From Parcubacteria group bacterium (lineage in GTDB: Bacteria; Patescibacteriota; Minisyncoccia; UBA6257; Colwellbacteraceae): a stretch of 64,000 nt of DNA. This document shows positions 29,729 through 39,536 of the stretch, piece after piece (the stretch's first letter is position 1; the number at the start of each line of letters is the position of its first letter). The stretch spans positions 90,981 to 154,980 of the forward strand of contig JBAZMT010000001.1 in the NCBI GenBank assembly GCA_041649615.1. Reading direction: 5' to 3'. The notes beneath the pieces are model-generated. The model did not search any database, had not been told where the DNA came from, and saw only the letters and a program-made list of their open reading frames with translations. The position numbers and the translations under genes were made by a program.

Positions 29729-30844
29729 TTAAGAAACGATTACTCCCCCGCCGAGCATTTCACATTCGGATGAATAAAAAACGGCGGATTGTCCGGGCGC
29801 TACAAACGGAACCGGTTTCTCAAAAACGATAGTTCCCTTCCCTCCTTTAAGCATATTGATCTTCGCTTTTGCCGGAAAAGTTCGATATCTTACGCGGACA
29901 AATATTTCAGAGTTATCTTTAACTGATTCTGAAATGAGACTTACGCTTTCAAGCGTAACCGTCTTTGCAAAAAGAAGAGGATGATTTTTGGGAGCAACGA
30001 TGAGCGAGTTCGTACCCATGTCTTTTCCCGCGACATAGAAAATTTCGTTGCCGCCCATGCCCTCAATTCCCAAGTGTCTTTGGCCGAGGGTGTAAAAATA
30101 AAGGCCTTTGTGATTCCCTATCTTTTTTCCTTCCGGAGTTATTATCGGCCCCGGATTTTCTTCAATGAATCGGGATAAAAATTCCGGCATTTTAAGACGT
30201 CCCAAAAAGCAGATTCCCTGCGAATCTTTCCGGTTCGCGTTCGGAAGGTTCGCGCGTTTCGCTATTTTTCTCACATCCGATTTGAGTAAATTCCCCAAAG
30301 GAAATAACGTTTTTTTCAGAGTTTCTTCATTCAAGGTCCAAAGAAAATAGCTTTGGTCTTTCGTCTTGTCTTTCGCTTCATAAATCGCATGCGTTTTTTC
30401 ATCAAGACGAGCGTAATGGCCGGTCGCGATAAAATCGGCGCCAAGTTTCATACTGCGTTTAAAAAAAAGGCCGAATTTAATCTCTTTATTGCACATCACG
30501 TCCGGATTCGGCGTGATCCCTCGTTTATACGCGGAAATCATATAATCAACGACTTCGCTTTTGTATTCGCGTTCCATATCCCAAACGTAAAAGGGAATAT
30601 TCAATTGTTCGGCGGCTCTGCGCGCCATAAGGGCGTCTTCTTCGGCGCAGCCGTCAACATTATAGCCTCGGATATAAACGCCCGTGACGTCATAACCTTT
30701 TTCTTTCAGTAAAAAAGCGGCAACGGACGAATCCACGCCACCAGACAATCCCACAAACACCCGTTTCGCCTTCCGCTTTGGCGCGAGACAGGTCGGCTCG
30801 CCGAGGCCAGCCCTTTTATTTACTTTTTTCGACGCGCTCAACAT
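29729..30844 (-). CDS. mnmA: tRNA 2-thiouridylase MnmA (start uncertain)
   Basis: SGGVDS, PNPDVMCN, ATGHY, KDQSYFL, DSQGICF, PGQ. Confidence 0.95.
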   Translation of the reverse strand: MLSASKKVNKRAGLGEPTCLAPKRKAKRVFVGLSGGVDSSVAAFLLKEKGYDVTGVYIRGYNVDGCAEEDALMARRAAEQLNIPFYVWDMEREYKSEVVDYMISAYKRGITPNPDVMCNKEIKFGLFFKRSMKLGADFIATGHYARLDEKTHAIYEAKDKTKDQSYFLWTLNEETLKKTLFPLGNLLKSDVRKIAKRANLPNANRKDSQGICFLGRLKMPEFLSRFIEENPGPIITPEGKKIGNHKGLYFYTLGQRHLGIEGMGGNEIFYVAGKDMGTNSLIVAPKNHPLLFAKTVTLESVSLISESVKDNSEIFVRVRYRTFPAKAKINMLKGGKGTIVFEKPVPFVAPGQSAVFYSSECEMLGGGVIVS

Positions 30845-31388
30845 ACAAACCCGTTTCGGTATTCACTCTTATAACGTCTCCTTGATTGATGAAGAGAGGC
30901 GCTGTAATTTTCGCTCCGGTTTCAATTACGACAACTTTATCTCCTCCTTGAGCGGTATTGCCCTTAACCGCCGGCGGGGCATCCGTTACCTCAAACTCCA
31001 TCTTTACGGGCAAGATTATTTTAATGACTTTTCCTTGAAGCACGTAGGCCGTAACGAGCGTGTTCGCTGTCAAGAATTTGGAGGCATCTCCTATAACGTC
31101 TTCCTCTACCATAATTCTTGTTTTCGGGTCCGCGGGTGCCTGAAACCAATATTCGCCGCGATGCGAGTAAAGGAATTTCAATTCTTTTTTTTCAAAATCG
31201 GCTTCTTCAATGTTCTCCGAAGCTTGCCAAGAGCGGTCTACCACTTTTCCGGTTCTTAAACTCTTGAGTTTGCTCTGCACCACCGCTTTTCTTTGCTGCA
31301 TTCTCACGAAGCTCGTATCAACGACTTCATAAGGCTCGTTATTGAGGAGAATGATTACTCCTTTCTTCAGTTCCGTATAGGAAATCAT
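30816..31388 (-). CDS. efp: Elongation factor P
   Basis: ELKKG, RMQQRKA loop, PPAVKGNT, RVNTETGLYVER. Confidence 0.92.
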   Translation of the reverse strand: MISYTELKKGVIILLNNEPYEVVDTSFVRMQQRKAVVQSKLKSLRTGKVVDRSWQASENIEEADFEKKELKFLYSHRGEYWFQAPADPKTRIMVEEDVIGDASKFLTANTLVTAYVLQGKVIKIILPVKMEFEVTDAPPAVKGNTAQGGDKVVVIETGAKITAPLFINQGDVIRVNTETGLYVERVEKSK

Positions 31389-31390
31389 GT

Positions 31391-32854
31391 CTATTCGTCG
31401 TTTATTTCGTTCTTTTCCGCCTTGATATCGGATGAAGATTCGTCCGAATGCATTGCTTTGTCAAGAGCGGCGCGAAGATCGTCCATTACCACCTCTCTTT
31501 TCGGTTTTACGGGCCGAAGGATTTTTTCAAGCGGGAGTTCGGTTCTACGCGCGATTCTTTCCTCGGTCTTTTCATTATTGTCTTCCCAACGTTCCATTAT
31601 CTTTTTTTCTATCTGCGCTCTCGGCATACCGTATTTATTCCGACTGGTCTCAATTATCATATCTTTCACCGAATTCTCCCCTTCTCTGTGAGAAAGGAAA
31701 TCAAGATTACGCGCCGAGAAGGGTCTTGAGGCGATGCCGTCTATCATAAGTTTGATGTAAAAATGATGTTTACCCGTGTTTACAAGATCAGTTGCCATAA
31801 ATTCGGGAGAGAATTCTTTTTCCAAAAATTCAGCGTCTTCGGCGCCGACCCTGAAGGCGATGAGCGTACCGACGTTTCCGAAGATGGCTGGACGCACCGT
31901 TTCCGAGAGCTGTTCAATGTATTGATGGGCAAGAATGAGACTTAACCTGTATTTGCGAGCTTCGGAGAGAATGACCGCAAAAGAATCGGTGGAAAAATTT
32001 TGAAATTCGTCTATATAGAGGAAAAAATCCTTTCTTTCAAATTCGGAAGTGTCTATTCGGCTCATGGCCGCTTGCTGAAGTTTCGTGATCAGCATGGCTC
32101 CCAAAAGAGCGGAATTGTCTTCTCCGATTTTTCCGTGAGAAAGATTGGCAATCAAAATTTTTCCGTCATCCATCACGCTTCTCATATTCACGGACGATTT
32201 CGGCTGACCGATGATATTCCTGATTAAAGGATTCGCGATAAACTGACCTACTTTGTTTTGAATGGCGGCAACCGCTTCTGAAGCATATCTGTCCGTATAT
32301 TTGCCGAATTCGTTAAGCCAAAAGTTTTTGACCACCGGATCTTCCAAGATAGCGGTGATTTTTTCCCTGAAACGCTTATCCGTGAGCATTTTCATCACGT
32401 CTAAGAGCGTAGAGTTCGGAAATTCCAAAAGGGCGAGCAAAGTATTGTTCAAGATGTATTCCATTCTCGCCGACCAGGCGTCAACCCATATTTTTTTGAA
32501 AACGCCCATCATGCCGGAAGCGATGAGATGTCTGAAGCTTCCTTCTACGCCTTCAAGCGGATTGAAACCGATCGGGTGATCAATATCCGCCGGATTGAAA
32601 TAGATAACGTCGTCAATGCGTTCCGGAGGAACGAAATCAAGCATTTTTTCCGCAAATTGACCGTGCGGATCAATAAGACCGACTCCTTTGCCGTTTCGGA
32701 TGTCTTCGGCCACCATATTTTCCATCATGGTGGTTTTACCCATACCTGTTTTTCCGATCAGGTACATGTGCCTGCGGCGATCGTCCACCTTAATGCCAAA
32801 GCGTTCTTCCCGATTCCTGAAACTGGTTTTTCCAAAAAAATTAACTTCTTCCAT
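31391..32854 (-). CDS. VirD4/TraG/HerA-like (T4SS coupling protein family) ATPase
   Basis: DRRRHMYLIGKTGMGKT Walker A, IDPHG, LYIDEFQNF, SEARKYRL, AHQY. Confidence 0.85.
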   Translation of the reverse strand: MEEVNFFGKTSFRNREERFGIKVDDRRRHMYLIGKTGMGKTTMMENMVAEDIRNGKGVGLIDPHGQFAEKMLDFVPPERIDDVIYFNPADIDHPIGFNPLEGVEGSFRHLIASGMMGVFKKIWVDAWSARMEYILNNTLLALLEFPNSTLLDVMKMLTDKRFREKITAILEDPVVKNFWLNEFGKYTDRYASEAVAAIQNKVGQFIANPLIRNIIGQPKSSVNMRSVMDDGKILIANLSHGKIGEDNSALLGAMLITKLQQAAMSRIDTSEFERKDFFLYIDEFQNFSTDSFAVILSEARKYRLSLILAHQYIEQLSETVRPAIFGNVGTLIAFRVGAEDAEFLEKEFSPEFMATDLVNTGKHHFYIKLMIDGIASRPFSARNLDFLSHREGENSVKDMIIETSRNKYGMPRAQIEKKIMERWEDNNEKTEERIARRTELPLEKILRPVKPKREVVMDDLRAALDKAMHSDESSSDIKAEKNEINDE

Positions 32855-32865
32855 AGGGCTTTAAA

Positions 32866-34161
32866 TTATCCAATAGGCAAATTCGCCGGAGGGGCGCCTT
32901 TCTTTGATTCAAGCTGACCTAGACCCGGAGCCGCAACGCGTCCGATAGGCGGGTGGAAAATGGTCGCGAGTTCTTCCACGTTCATGAGCGAAGGTTCAAG
33001 CGCTTTCTTAAACATTGACTGCACGTTCGTCAAAAGAGAAAGACTTCTTTCAATGTAGCTTTTATATATTTCTTTTTTCTTTCTTAAGATTATTTCTTTT
33101 TTGCGAGGAACGAAAAATCGCGGAGGAATGGTCATAGTGAGAGCGGCCGGACGCATGCCGTTTAGGTTCTGCGTATTGAACTGCTGGAAAGCGCTCATTG
33201 CAGCCTTGAAATTGCTGCCGCTGAAACTATCTTTCTTGTCTATGTAAATTATCCTCGTAATAGTTTCAAAAGCCAGTTTGGACGCTTTAGCGTCTACCGC
33301 TCTGATTATTTCGGCGTCTTGAGCGGAAACGCTTTTGGGTTTTTCTTCGGGTTTGTCACTCCACTCGGGAAGTTTTACGGGCGCCAAAACGGCCTCTCTA
33401 GTAAATTCCAAAAGTCCGCCAACTACGCCTTTCTTTTCTTCTTTCTTTCCGGACTTTTCAGCGATGACTTTTTTAGCCGCTTCTTTCAATTTGTCGCCGG
33501 CCGGACGAACAAGAGTTTGTATCCACATCCGCTCGTCCGATTTCAGACTGGACATTACTTCGGCTAAAATGGCAATCGGATCAACTTCCTGTTCTTCATA
33601 TTTTCTTTCGCCGAAGAAGTAAGGATAGGTTTTCATGGGATAAGCGCTGTCTTTGCCCAAGATCATATCGGCTCCCATAATGTCATACTCCTCATTCGGA
33701 AGATCGGGCGGAAATTCTTTTATGTAATCTTTATCCGCTTCAAATATTTCCGCTCCCGGATATTCGGCGAATATGGCCGATTCCACGAGGGCGCGATTCT
33801 TTTTGTTCGTTCTCAAGAAAAACCTGATGCCTTCTCTTGAAGAAATCATTTCGGCGGAAATCGTTTCTTCAAACTGGCCTTCAAGCCATTTTTTTTCCGG
33901 CTTGATACCGAAACTGTATATCTGATAAAAGCTCGCGAATATTTGTTCCATGGCCTTCGGGAAAGTCTCGTTGTCTTTCGGGAATTTGATCTCCAAAAGG
34001 ATGTATTCTATGCCCGAGGCAAATTTATCCTGCGATTCGTCAAGCCACCAATTTTTGAGAAAAATTATGATAAATCTCAAAACCAAAAAGATGGCGATAA
34101 GCGTCAGCGCTCCCAAGACAATGTCGCCAAAGTACTCCTCTAATCCGGAGAGGAACTCCAT
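32866..34161 (-). CDS. Membrane-anchored partner of the VirD4-like ATPase
   Basis: N-terminal TM; LLEIK.P...AMEQIF, C-terminal EELATIFHPP...APPANLP; directly upstream of the ATPase. Confidence 0.65.
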   Translation of the reverse strand: MEFLSGLEEYFGDIVLGALTLIAIFLVLRFIIIFLKNWWLDESQDKFASGIEYILLEIKFPKDNETFPKAMEQIFASFYQIYSFGIKPEKKWLEGQFEETISAEMISSREGIRFFLRTNKKNRALVESAIFAEYPGAEIFEADKDYIKEFPPDLPNEEYDIMGADMILGKDSAYPMKTYPYFFGERKYEEQEVDPIAILAEVMSSLKSDERMWIQTLVRPAGDKLKEAAKKVIAEKSGKKEEKKGVVGGLLEFTREAVLAPVKLPEWSDKPEEKPKSVSAQDAEIIRAVDAKASKLAFETITRIIYIDKKDSFSGSNFKAAMSAFQQFNTQNLNGMRPAALTMTIPPRFFVPRKKEIILRKKKEIYKSYIERSLSLLTNVQSMFKKALEPSLMNVEELATIFHPPIGRVAAPGLGQLESKKGAPPANLPIG

Positions 34162-34166
34162 AGGTT

Positions 34167-34994
34167 TTATTTTAGCTTAAGTCCGTAAGTTCCGCGACCC
34201 ATAAGGATGAATCGGGGATCTTTAATAAGCTCGTTGTGAACCGTGGGCGCGTGACTCTTTATCATTCTCGCGATTTCCGTGAAGTGCATCGGTTTTCCTT
34301 CTCTCTTCAAGAGAACGAAAGCTTTGGCGCGGACGGTTTTCGGATTTATTTCTTCCCATTCGGAAAGACCGATGTCGCCGTAGGGACCGACTCCCAGACG
34401 CTTGGAAACCTCTAGAAATCCGAGAATAACGCTTTCTTGGACGTTTTTAGGAATGGATATGGAACGGAGCAATTCATCAAATTGTTCGACAGCCGTGAGA
34501 TTTCGCGTGATTTCTTCGTGAATCGTCTCCATTTTCTTCTTCGCTTCGTCGTTTACATACCAATAGCTGTGAAAAACGTTGTTCTCTTCGGAAAAGTAAG
34601 GAAATTCCGTGACCCGAAATACGAATCGCGCTTTATTGCCGAAAACATCTCTTTCTTCCGCGGATTTCGCAATGGAATGAAGTTCTTCCATAAACATATC
34701 GTCTTTTCTGAGTCCTCCGGTGGCAAAAAGATGACGTTCGGCGAATTCCTTGAGCGCCGCTACTTCCTCAAAATTACCAATGCTCTTTTTGAGCTCATTT
34801 ACGGCCTGAGATTCTAACTGGCGAACGCGTTCTCGCGTGATGCCGTATTTGGCGCCAAGAGCCTGGAGGGTAAAAGTCTTTTTGGATTCAAGGCCAAAAC
34901 GCTTGTTTAAGATATTTGAACTTCGCGCGTCCAAATCGGCGTCTTCAAGCAGCTTTTTGATGAAGTTTTGCATATCCAAACCAGAAAGATTCAT
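34167..34994 (-). CDS. Sigma70 region-4 HTH plus C-terminal HARE-HTH (RNAP delta-like) protein
   Basis: RFGL..TLQALGAKYGITRERVRQLE; GKPMHFTEIA...TVHNELIKDPRFILMGRGTYGL. Confidence 0.75.
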   Translation of the reverse strand: MNLSGLDMQNFIKKLLEDADLDARSSNILNKRFGLESKKTFTLQALGAKYGITRERVRQLESQAVNELKKSIGNFEEVAALKEFAERHLFATGGLRKDDMFMEELHSIAKSAEERDVFGNKARFVFRVTEFPYFSEENNVFHSYWYVNDEAKKKMETIHEEITRNLTAVEQFDELLRSISIPKNVQESVILGFLEVSKRLGVGPYGDIGLSEWEEINPKTVRAKAFVLLKREGKPMHFTEIARMIKSHAPTVHNELIKDPRFILMGRGTYGLKLK

Positions 34995-35001
34995 GGTTCT
35001 G

Positions 35002-35030
35002 ATAGTACAACTTTTTAAATTTGATGTCAA
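35002..35030 (-). promoter_or_regulatory. Sigma70 promoter, leaderless geometry
   Basis: TTGACA-17-TACTAT, 7 nt before ATG 34994. Confidence 0.6.
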
Positions 35031-35041
35031 ATGAAAGTCCT

Positions 35042-35962
35042 TTATTTTGCCGTTTTACGAGCAGCCCGTTTGGCTTGAAGATCATGCCAAAGGGTTAAAA
35101 GCGGGCTTGCGAAGAAAATGGACGAATAGGTGCCGAAAAACATTCCGATAAGGATGGTAAGGGCAAAATATCTCATGGAAACCGGGCCGAAAATGGACAC
35201 GATGAGAAGGGCGATCATCGCGCCCGTCGCGGTAATCAGGGATCTCGTAAAGACTTCGTTTATGCTTCTGTTTGCCGTTTCGTCAAAATCGGCTTTTCCT
35301 TTCTGTCCGATAAGTTTTTCTCTTATGCGGTCAAAGATGACAATCGTGTCCTGAACGGAAAAACCGGCAATCGTTAAGAGAGCGACAATGAAATAGGTGT
35401 CTATAGGAATGCCTTTAAAGTGGCCGAGCGCGGCAAAAAATCCCGCCGGCACTAGAACGTCGTGAACAAGCGAAGCTAAGGTTACAAGCCCGTATTTGTA
35501 CGATTTAACCGGCCAGGACACTTTTCTGAAAGTAAAAGTGACGTAGAGAGCTATAACCAAAACCACGAGGGCGATAATCCATATCGCTTTGTTCCTCAAT
35601 TCGGAAGAAACGGAAGGTGAAGTGGTCCCGAAATCAAGTTCTCGCGCTTCGGGATATTCGGATAAAAGAGAATTCTTAAAAGCCGCGTGCTCTTCTTCCG
35701 AAATTTCCTTGAATATGAGCGAATACGATTCCGTAGAGGCGTCATAAGAAACAACCGGTTCTTCAATGCCGAGTTTCGTTTCCGCAAATTCGCGAACGGC
35801 GCGTTCATCGGTTCCTGGGATGCTTACCTGCCACATGGTGCCGCTCTTGAAATCAATGCCCGGCGTAAATCCAAAAATTGCAATGGAGGCAATCGACAAA
35901 GTGATGAGGAGCGCGGAAAAACCAATAAACCATTTTCTGTTTCCGATTATGTTTAGTTTCAT
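35042..35962 (-). CDS. secF: Protein translocase subunit SecF
   Basis: GIDFKSG, LVHDV, GFSVQDTIVIFDRIRE, GTYSSIF. Confidence 0.93.
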   Translation of the reverse strand: MKLNIIGNRKWFIGFSALLITLSIASIAIFGFTPGIDFKSGTMWQVSIPGTDERAVREFAETKLGIEEPVVSYDASTESYSLIFKEISEEEHAAFKNSLLSEYPEARELDFGTTSPSVSSELRNKAIWIIALVVLVIALYVTFTFRKVSWPVKSYKYGLVTLASLVHDVLVPAGFFAALGHFKGIPIDTYFIVALLTIAGFSVQDTIVIFDRIREKLIGQKGKADFDETANRSINEVFTRSLITATGAMIALLIVSIFGPVSMRYFALTILIGMFFGTYSSIFFASPLLTLWHDLQAKRAARKTAK

Positions 35963-35966
35963 TTTT

Positions 35967-37253
35967 TTATGCTTGTTTATTGTTTTGTTTTCCCGGGAAT
36001 ACCCGCAGCAAATTTCTCGTGACAACATAGGTCATCGCGATGTTTATCAAGATACCGACAAGGAGGGTTAAGGCAAATCCTTTAACGAAGCTTGAGGTAA
36101 AGAAGTAAAGGATAAGAGCGGTTAAAACGGTGCCGACGTTTGAATCTCTGATGGAAGACCAGGCAAGACGGAATCCCGATTCTATCGCCTGCGTGTTTTG
36201 CGTTCCGCGGCGAAGTTCTTCTTTAGCCCGTTCAAAGATAAGGATATTGGCGTCAAGCGCCGCTCCGATAGAGAGAATAAAACCGGTGATGCCCGACAAA
36301 CTCATCGTGAATCCAGGGGTGAGTTTGAAAATGGCAAGAGAAAAAATAACGTAAAGGATAAGGGAAAGGCCGGCGACAATGCCGCGTTTGCGGTAAATGG
36401 CAATGATAAAAGCGATAATCAAAAGAATGCTTATCACGCCGGCGACAAGAATACGTCCCAACGAGTCTTCGGCCGCGGTCGCGTTTACCGTGCGCTGGTT
36501 GCCGAGTTTAATCGGCGCAGAAAGGGCGCCGGCATTGAACCTTTCAACGAGTTTCTGCGCCGAATCAAGAGTTATTCCTTCGCCGGATATTTGCGCTTTG
36601 CCGCCGATTATTTTCTCTTGGACGACCGGCGCGCTTATGGGGGCACCGTCAAGAAAAATGGCTACTTGTTTGCCTATGTTACGCGCCGTAATTTCTTCAA
36701 ACAGTTTCGCGCCTTCATCGTTAAATTCCAAACTTACAACCGGTTGAGATACTCCTTGAGAACTGGTGGCAACGGAAGCGCGTTTGATGTGCCTGCCGGA
36801 GAGTTCGGTCGGGTCGCAAACAATCGAATCTTCCGTAATTACGCAATTTTCCCTGAAATCAAGAAAAGGGGTTTCCCCTATCTCTTTGACAGCATCAGAT
36901 ATTTCACTGATGCCCGCGAGTTCAACAAGAAGCTGTCTCGAGTCTCCCTTCTCAATGACGCGAACTCTCGGTTCCGAAACGCCGTAAAGGTCAATTCTTT
37001 TTTCAATAACGTCTTTTAGTCCGTTAGTAACAGCCGTGAAGTCGGCTCTGTCAACGCCCGTAAGGTCAATGTCATAGGTGAGCGCCGTTCCTCCGACAAG
37101 ATCAAGACCGAGTCTCCAAGGCAAAAATCTGTTTAAGAAAACATCGGGAACTTTGACCCCGGAGACGACAGTTCCCGGTTCGGGCAAAACAAAAAGAGAA
37201 GAAGCGACCGCGAGCAGAACGAGCGCAGAGATAAAAATTAGTTTGTGTTTCAT
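35967..37253 (-). CDS. secD: Protein translocase subunit SecD
   Basis: LGLDLVGG, GVSEP, DANILIFER, IRDSN, VKGFA. Confidence 0.94.
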   Translation of the reverse strand: MKHKLIFISALVLLAVASSLFVLPEPGTVVSGVKVPDVFLNRFLPWRLGLDLVGGTALTYDIDLTGVDRADFTAVTNGLKDVIEKRIDLYGVSEPRVRVIEKGDSRQLLVELAGISEISDAVKEIGETPFLDFRENCVITEDSIVCDPTELSGRHIKRASVATSSQGVSQPVVSLEFNDEGAKLFEEITARNIGKQVAIFLDGAPISAPVVQEKIIGGKAQISGEGITLDSAQKLVERFNAGALSAPIKLGNQRTVNATAAEDSLGRILVAGVISILLIIAFIIAIYRKRGIVAGLSLILYVIFSLAIFKLTPGFTMSLSGITGFILSIGAALDANILIFERAKEELRRGTQNTQAIESGFRLAWSSIRDSNVGTVLTALILYFFTSSFVKGFALTLLVGILINIAMTYVVTRNLLRVFPGKQNNKQA

Positions 37254-37283
37254 ATAAAATTACTTGGTAATTGTAGTCCGTCC

Positions 37284-37350
37284 AGCGGTTCTCCCGACCC
37301 TCTTGAACGTTCGAGTCCGGATGGGCGGAATCCTTCGCTTCGCGGAGGAT
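37284..37350 (-). repeat. tRNA-linked structured element, truncated copy after tRNA-Lys
   Basis: Minus strand: GCGAAGC hairpin, TCCGCCCAtccGGACTCGAAC (antisense to the tRNA-Lys 3' half), then GTTCAAGAGGGTCGGGAGAAC core. Confidence 0.7.
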
Positions 37351-37425
37351 TGGTCCGCCCAGGAGGACTCGAACCTCCAACTTTCTGCTTAAAAGGCAGC
37401 TACTCTACCATTGAGTTATGGGCGG
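37351..37425 (-). tRNA. tRNA-Lys(TTT)
   Basis: Cloverleaf, loop CTTTTAA, TTCGAGT T-loop, encoded CCA. Confidence 0.9.
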
Positions 37426-37440
37426 AGGCGCAAAAAAATC

Positions 37441-38505
37441 CTACCACTCGTCCTCTAAATCTTCAAGCGTTTTTTTCGTTTTGGGGTTTATTTTTTTCGG
37501 CGCTTTAAAATCAAGGAATACGACTAAGTCGCCTCCTTTGGCAGCGCCTTCACCCCTCACTCTTATTTCTTTGCGGAGACTTTCCCCCGGAGAAATCGTT
37601 ATCTCCACGTCTTTCCCAAGAATGGTCTTAACCGTTATTTTCTTCCCGAGCAAAATGTCGGAAAACTTAACTTCTTTGAAAGTGATAAGATCATCCCCTT
37701 CTCTTCTAAACGCTTTGTGAGGAAGTACGCGCACTCGCGCGTATAAGTCGCCGGTGTCGGCTCCTTTTTCACCCGCTTCTCCCAGTCCTTTGATTTTGAT
37801 TATTTGTCCGTCCGCCACTCCGGGATGGATCAATACGTCCGTTTCGCGATCTCCCTTTACCCGTCCTTTACCGCCGCAATTTTTACAGGGATCGATGGGA
37901 ATTTCGCCGATACCGTCGCATTCTCCGCATACGGACACTCGGGAAAAGGCGCCAAGGATCGTTCTTTTCATTTCCCTTATACTTCCGCTCCCGCCGCAAG
38001 TCCGGCATTTTGAAAATCCTTTCTCTGGATTATATCCTTTCCCGTTACATTTAGAACAACTTACAAACGTTTTAAACGAAATGGGCACTTTTATCCCTTT
38101 TACGGCTTCTTCAAGAGTAATGTTTAAAATCACTTCCGCATCCGATCCTCTCTTTCGCACCGGGCGCGTAAAATTGCCCATACCAATGCCCCCGAATATT
38201 CCCTCAAAAATACTCGCCATATCCCCCGCGTCAAAGTTGCTGAAATCAAAATTCATTCCGTTCATCCCGGCGGCTCTCGAAAAGGGATTTCCCGAAAAGT
38301 CGGCGGAGCCAAATCGGTCGTAATTTTCCCTTTTTCCTTTGTCGGACAGAACTTGATATGCCTCGCTTATTTCTTTAAATTTGTCGGCATTTCCACCCGT
38401 TTTATCCGGGTGGTATTCGTGGGCAAGCTTACGGTAAGCCTTTTTTATTTCCTCCTCTGTAGCGTTTTTTTGGACGCCAAGAATATCGTAATAATCTTTT
38501 TTCAT
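37441..38505 (-). CDS. dnaJ: Chaperone DnaJ
   Basis: HPD motif, four CxxCxGxG repeats. Confidence 0.96.
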   Translation of the reverse strand: MKKDYYDILGVQKNATEEEIKKAYRKLAHEYHPDKTGGNADKFKEISEAYQVLSDKGKRENYDRFGSADFSGNPFSRAAGMNGMNFDFSNFDAGDMASIFEGIFGGIGMGNFTRPVRKRGSDAEVILNITLEEAVKGIKVPISFKTFVSCSKCNGKGYNPEKGFSKCRTCGGSGSIREMKRTILGAFSRVSVCGECDGIGEIPIDPCKNCGGKGRVKGDRETDVLIHPGVADGQIIKIKGLGEAGEKGADTGDLYARVRVLPHKAFRREGDDLITFKEVKFSDILLGKKITVKTILGKDVEITISPGESLRKEIRVRGEGAAKGGDLVVFLDFKAPKKINPKTKKTLEDLEDEW

Positions 38506-38519
38506 TCGAATTTACGGTT

Positions 38520-39536
38520 TTATCTCAGTAAAACCACTTCTTTGCTTTTCGGTTCAAAATAAACCTCCGCAAATTTTATCGCAAGGATCAGCTGATAAAT
38601 TAGAAACGATAGTAACGCGACAAGCCATCCCAAGAGCCAGAACGCTCCGCGAACGGCGGTAAAAATAATTATCGTTGCAATGAGAGCCAGATAATTTGAG
38701 GGAATCGTTTCAATGACGTCCTGGAACTTGTCAGTGGCCGCGTTTCTAAAATTTTCCTCAAAGGAAGCGTCAAGATCAATGTTTAATCCGATGTCGTCTC
38801 GAAGCATTGTTTCATAATCCGCAATTTTTTGATCAATTAGTCTCTCTTTCTGGCCTTCCGGCATCAGGGCAAATTCCACGGCGTCCGGTCTTGCAAGGGA
38901 TTGCCTCGCCGAGATCGTCAGAAAATCGCGAAAACTCATATTTAGAGTAAATCCCGGAGCGTAATAACCAATCACGGGCGAGGAAACGGAAATCATCCCT
39001 CTCACAAATCGTTCCGAGAATAAATCTTCCGCTTTAAAATTCCATCCATAGCTTACGGCTATCGCGAGAGCAATAATGGTAAAGGCTCTCGCAAGCACTT
39101 TGCCGGAAAATTTGGTGAAACTTACTCGCAATGAATTATCCAGTTCTCTTTTTCCGCGCCATATTCCTTCCGTAAGAATAATGACGGAGACAGCCGCAAG
39201 AATAATTATGGGGATAAACGGAATTCTGCCGAAAATGAACAAAGGGAGCGCTAAAAGTACGGAAGAAAACAACGAAACCAAAAAAAGAAACTTTCTGGCT
39301 TTAACAAGAACGGGGACGAGAGTGATAAACGAAGCAAAAACGATTCCTGTCACGATAGCGGAGAAGAAAGACCAGGCAAACAAAGCGTAACCGAACAAAA
39401 AAGCGAAAGCCGCGGTAACGGCGATAACCGCGAAAACTTTAATAGGAGAATAATCCGTTTCGGATATTTCTTCGTTACGCCTGGCCGCCTTCTTTGTTTT
39501 CTCCGTTTTCTCCTGAGTCGGAATTGTTTCCGCCAT
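38520..39536 (-). CDS. Multi-pass membrane protein of unknown function
   Basis: 338 aa with several TM segments; between dnaK and dnaJ. Confidence 0.7.
   Translation of the reverse strand: MAETIPTQEKTEKTKKAARRNEEISETDYSPIKVFAVIAVTAAFAFLFGYALFAWSFFSAIVTGIVFASFITLVPVLVKARKFLFLVSLFSSVLLALPLFIFGRIPFIPIIILAAVSVIILTEGIWRGKRELDNSLRVSFTKFSGKVLARAFTIIALAIAVSYGWNFKAEDLFSERFVRGMISVSSPVIGYYAPGFTLNMSFRDFLTISARQSLARPDAVEFALMPEGQKERLIDQKIADYETMLRDDIGLNIDLDASFEENFRNAATDKFQDVIETIPSNYLALIATIIIFTAVRGAFWLLGWLVALLSFLIYQLILAIKFAEVYFEPKSKEVVLLR

Noticed and set aside
29729-30844. Programmed frameshift or fusion between efp and mnmA
   Set aside because: An in-frame ATG overlapping the efp end, or a GTG near the SGGVDS motif, explains mnmA without recoding
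8782-37019. Long antisense ORFs (8782-9543, 13605-14357, 14974-15786, 27986-28819, 36198-37019)
   Set aside because: Shadows of conserved minus-strand genes, with no motifs of their own
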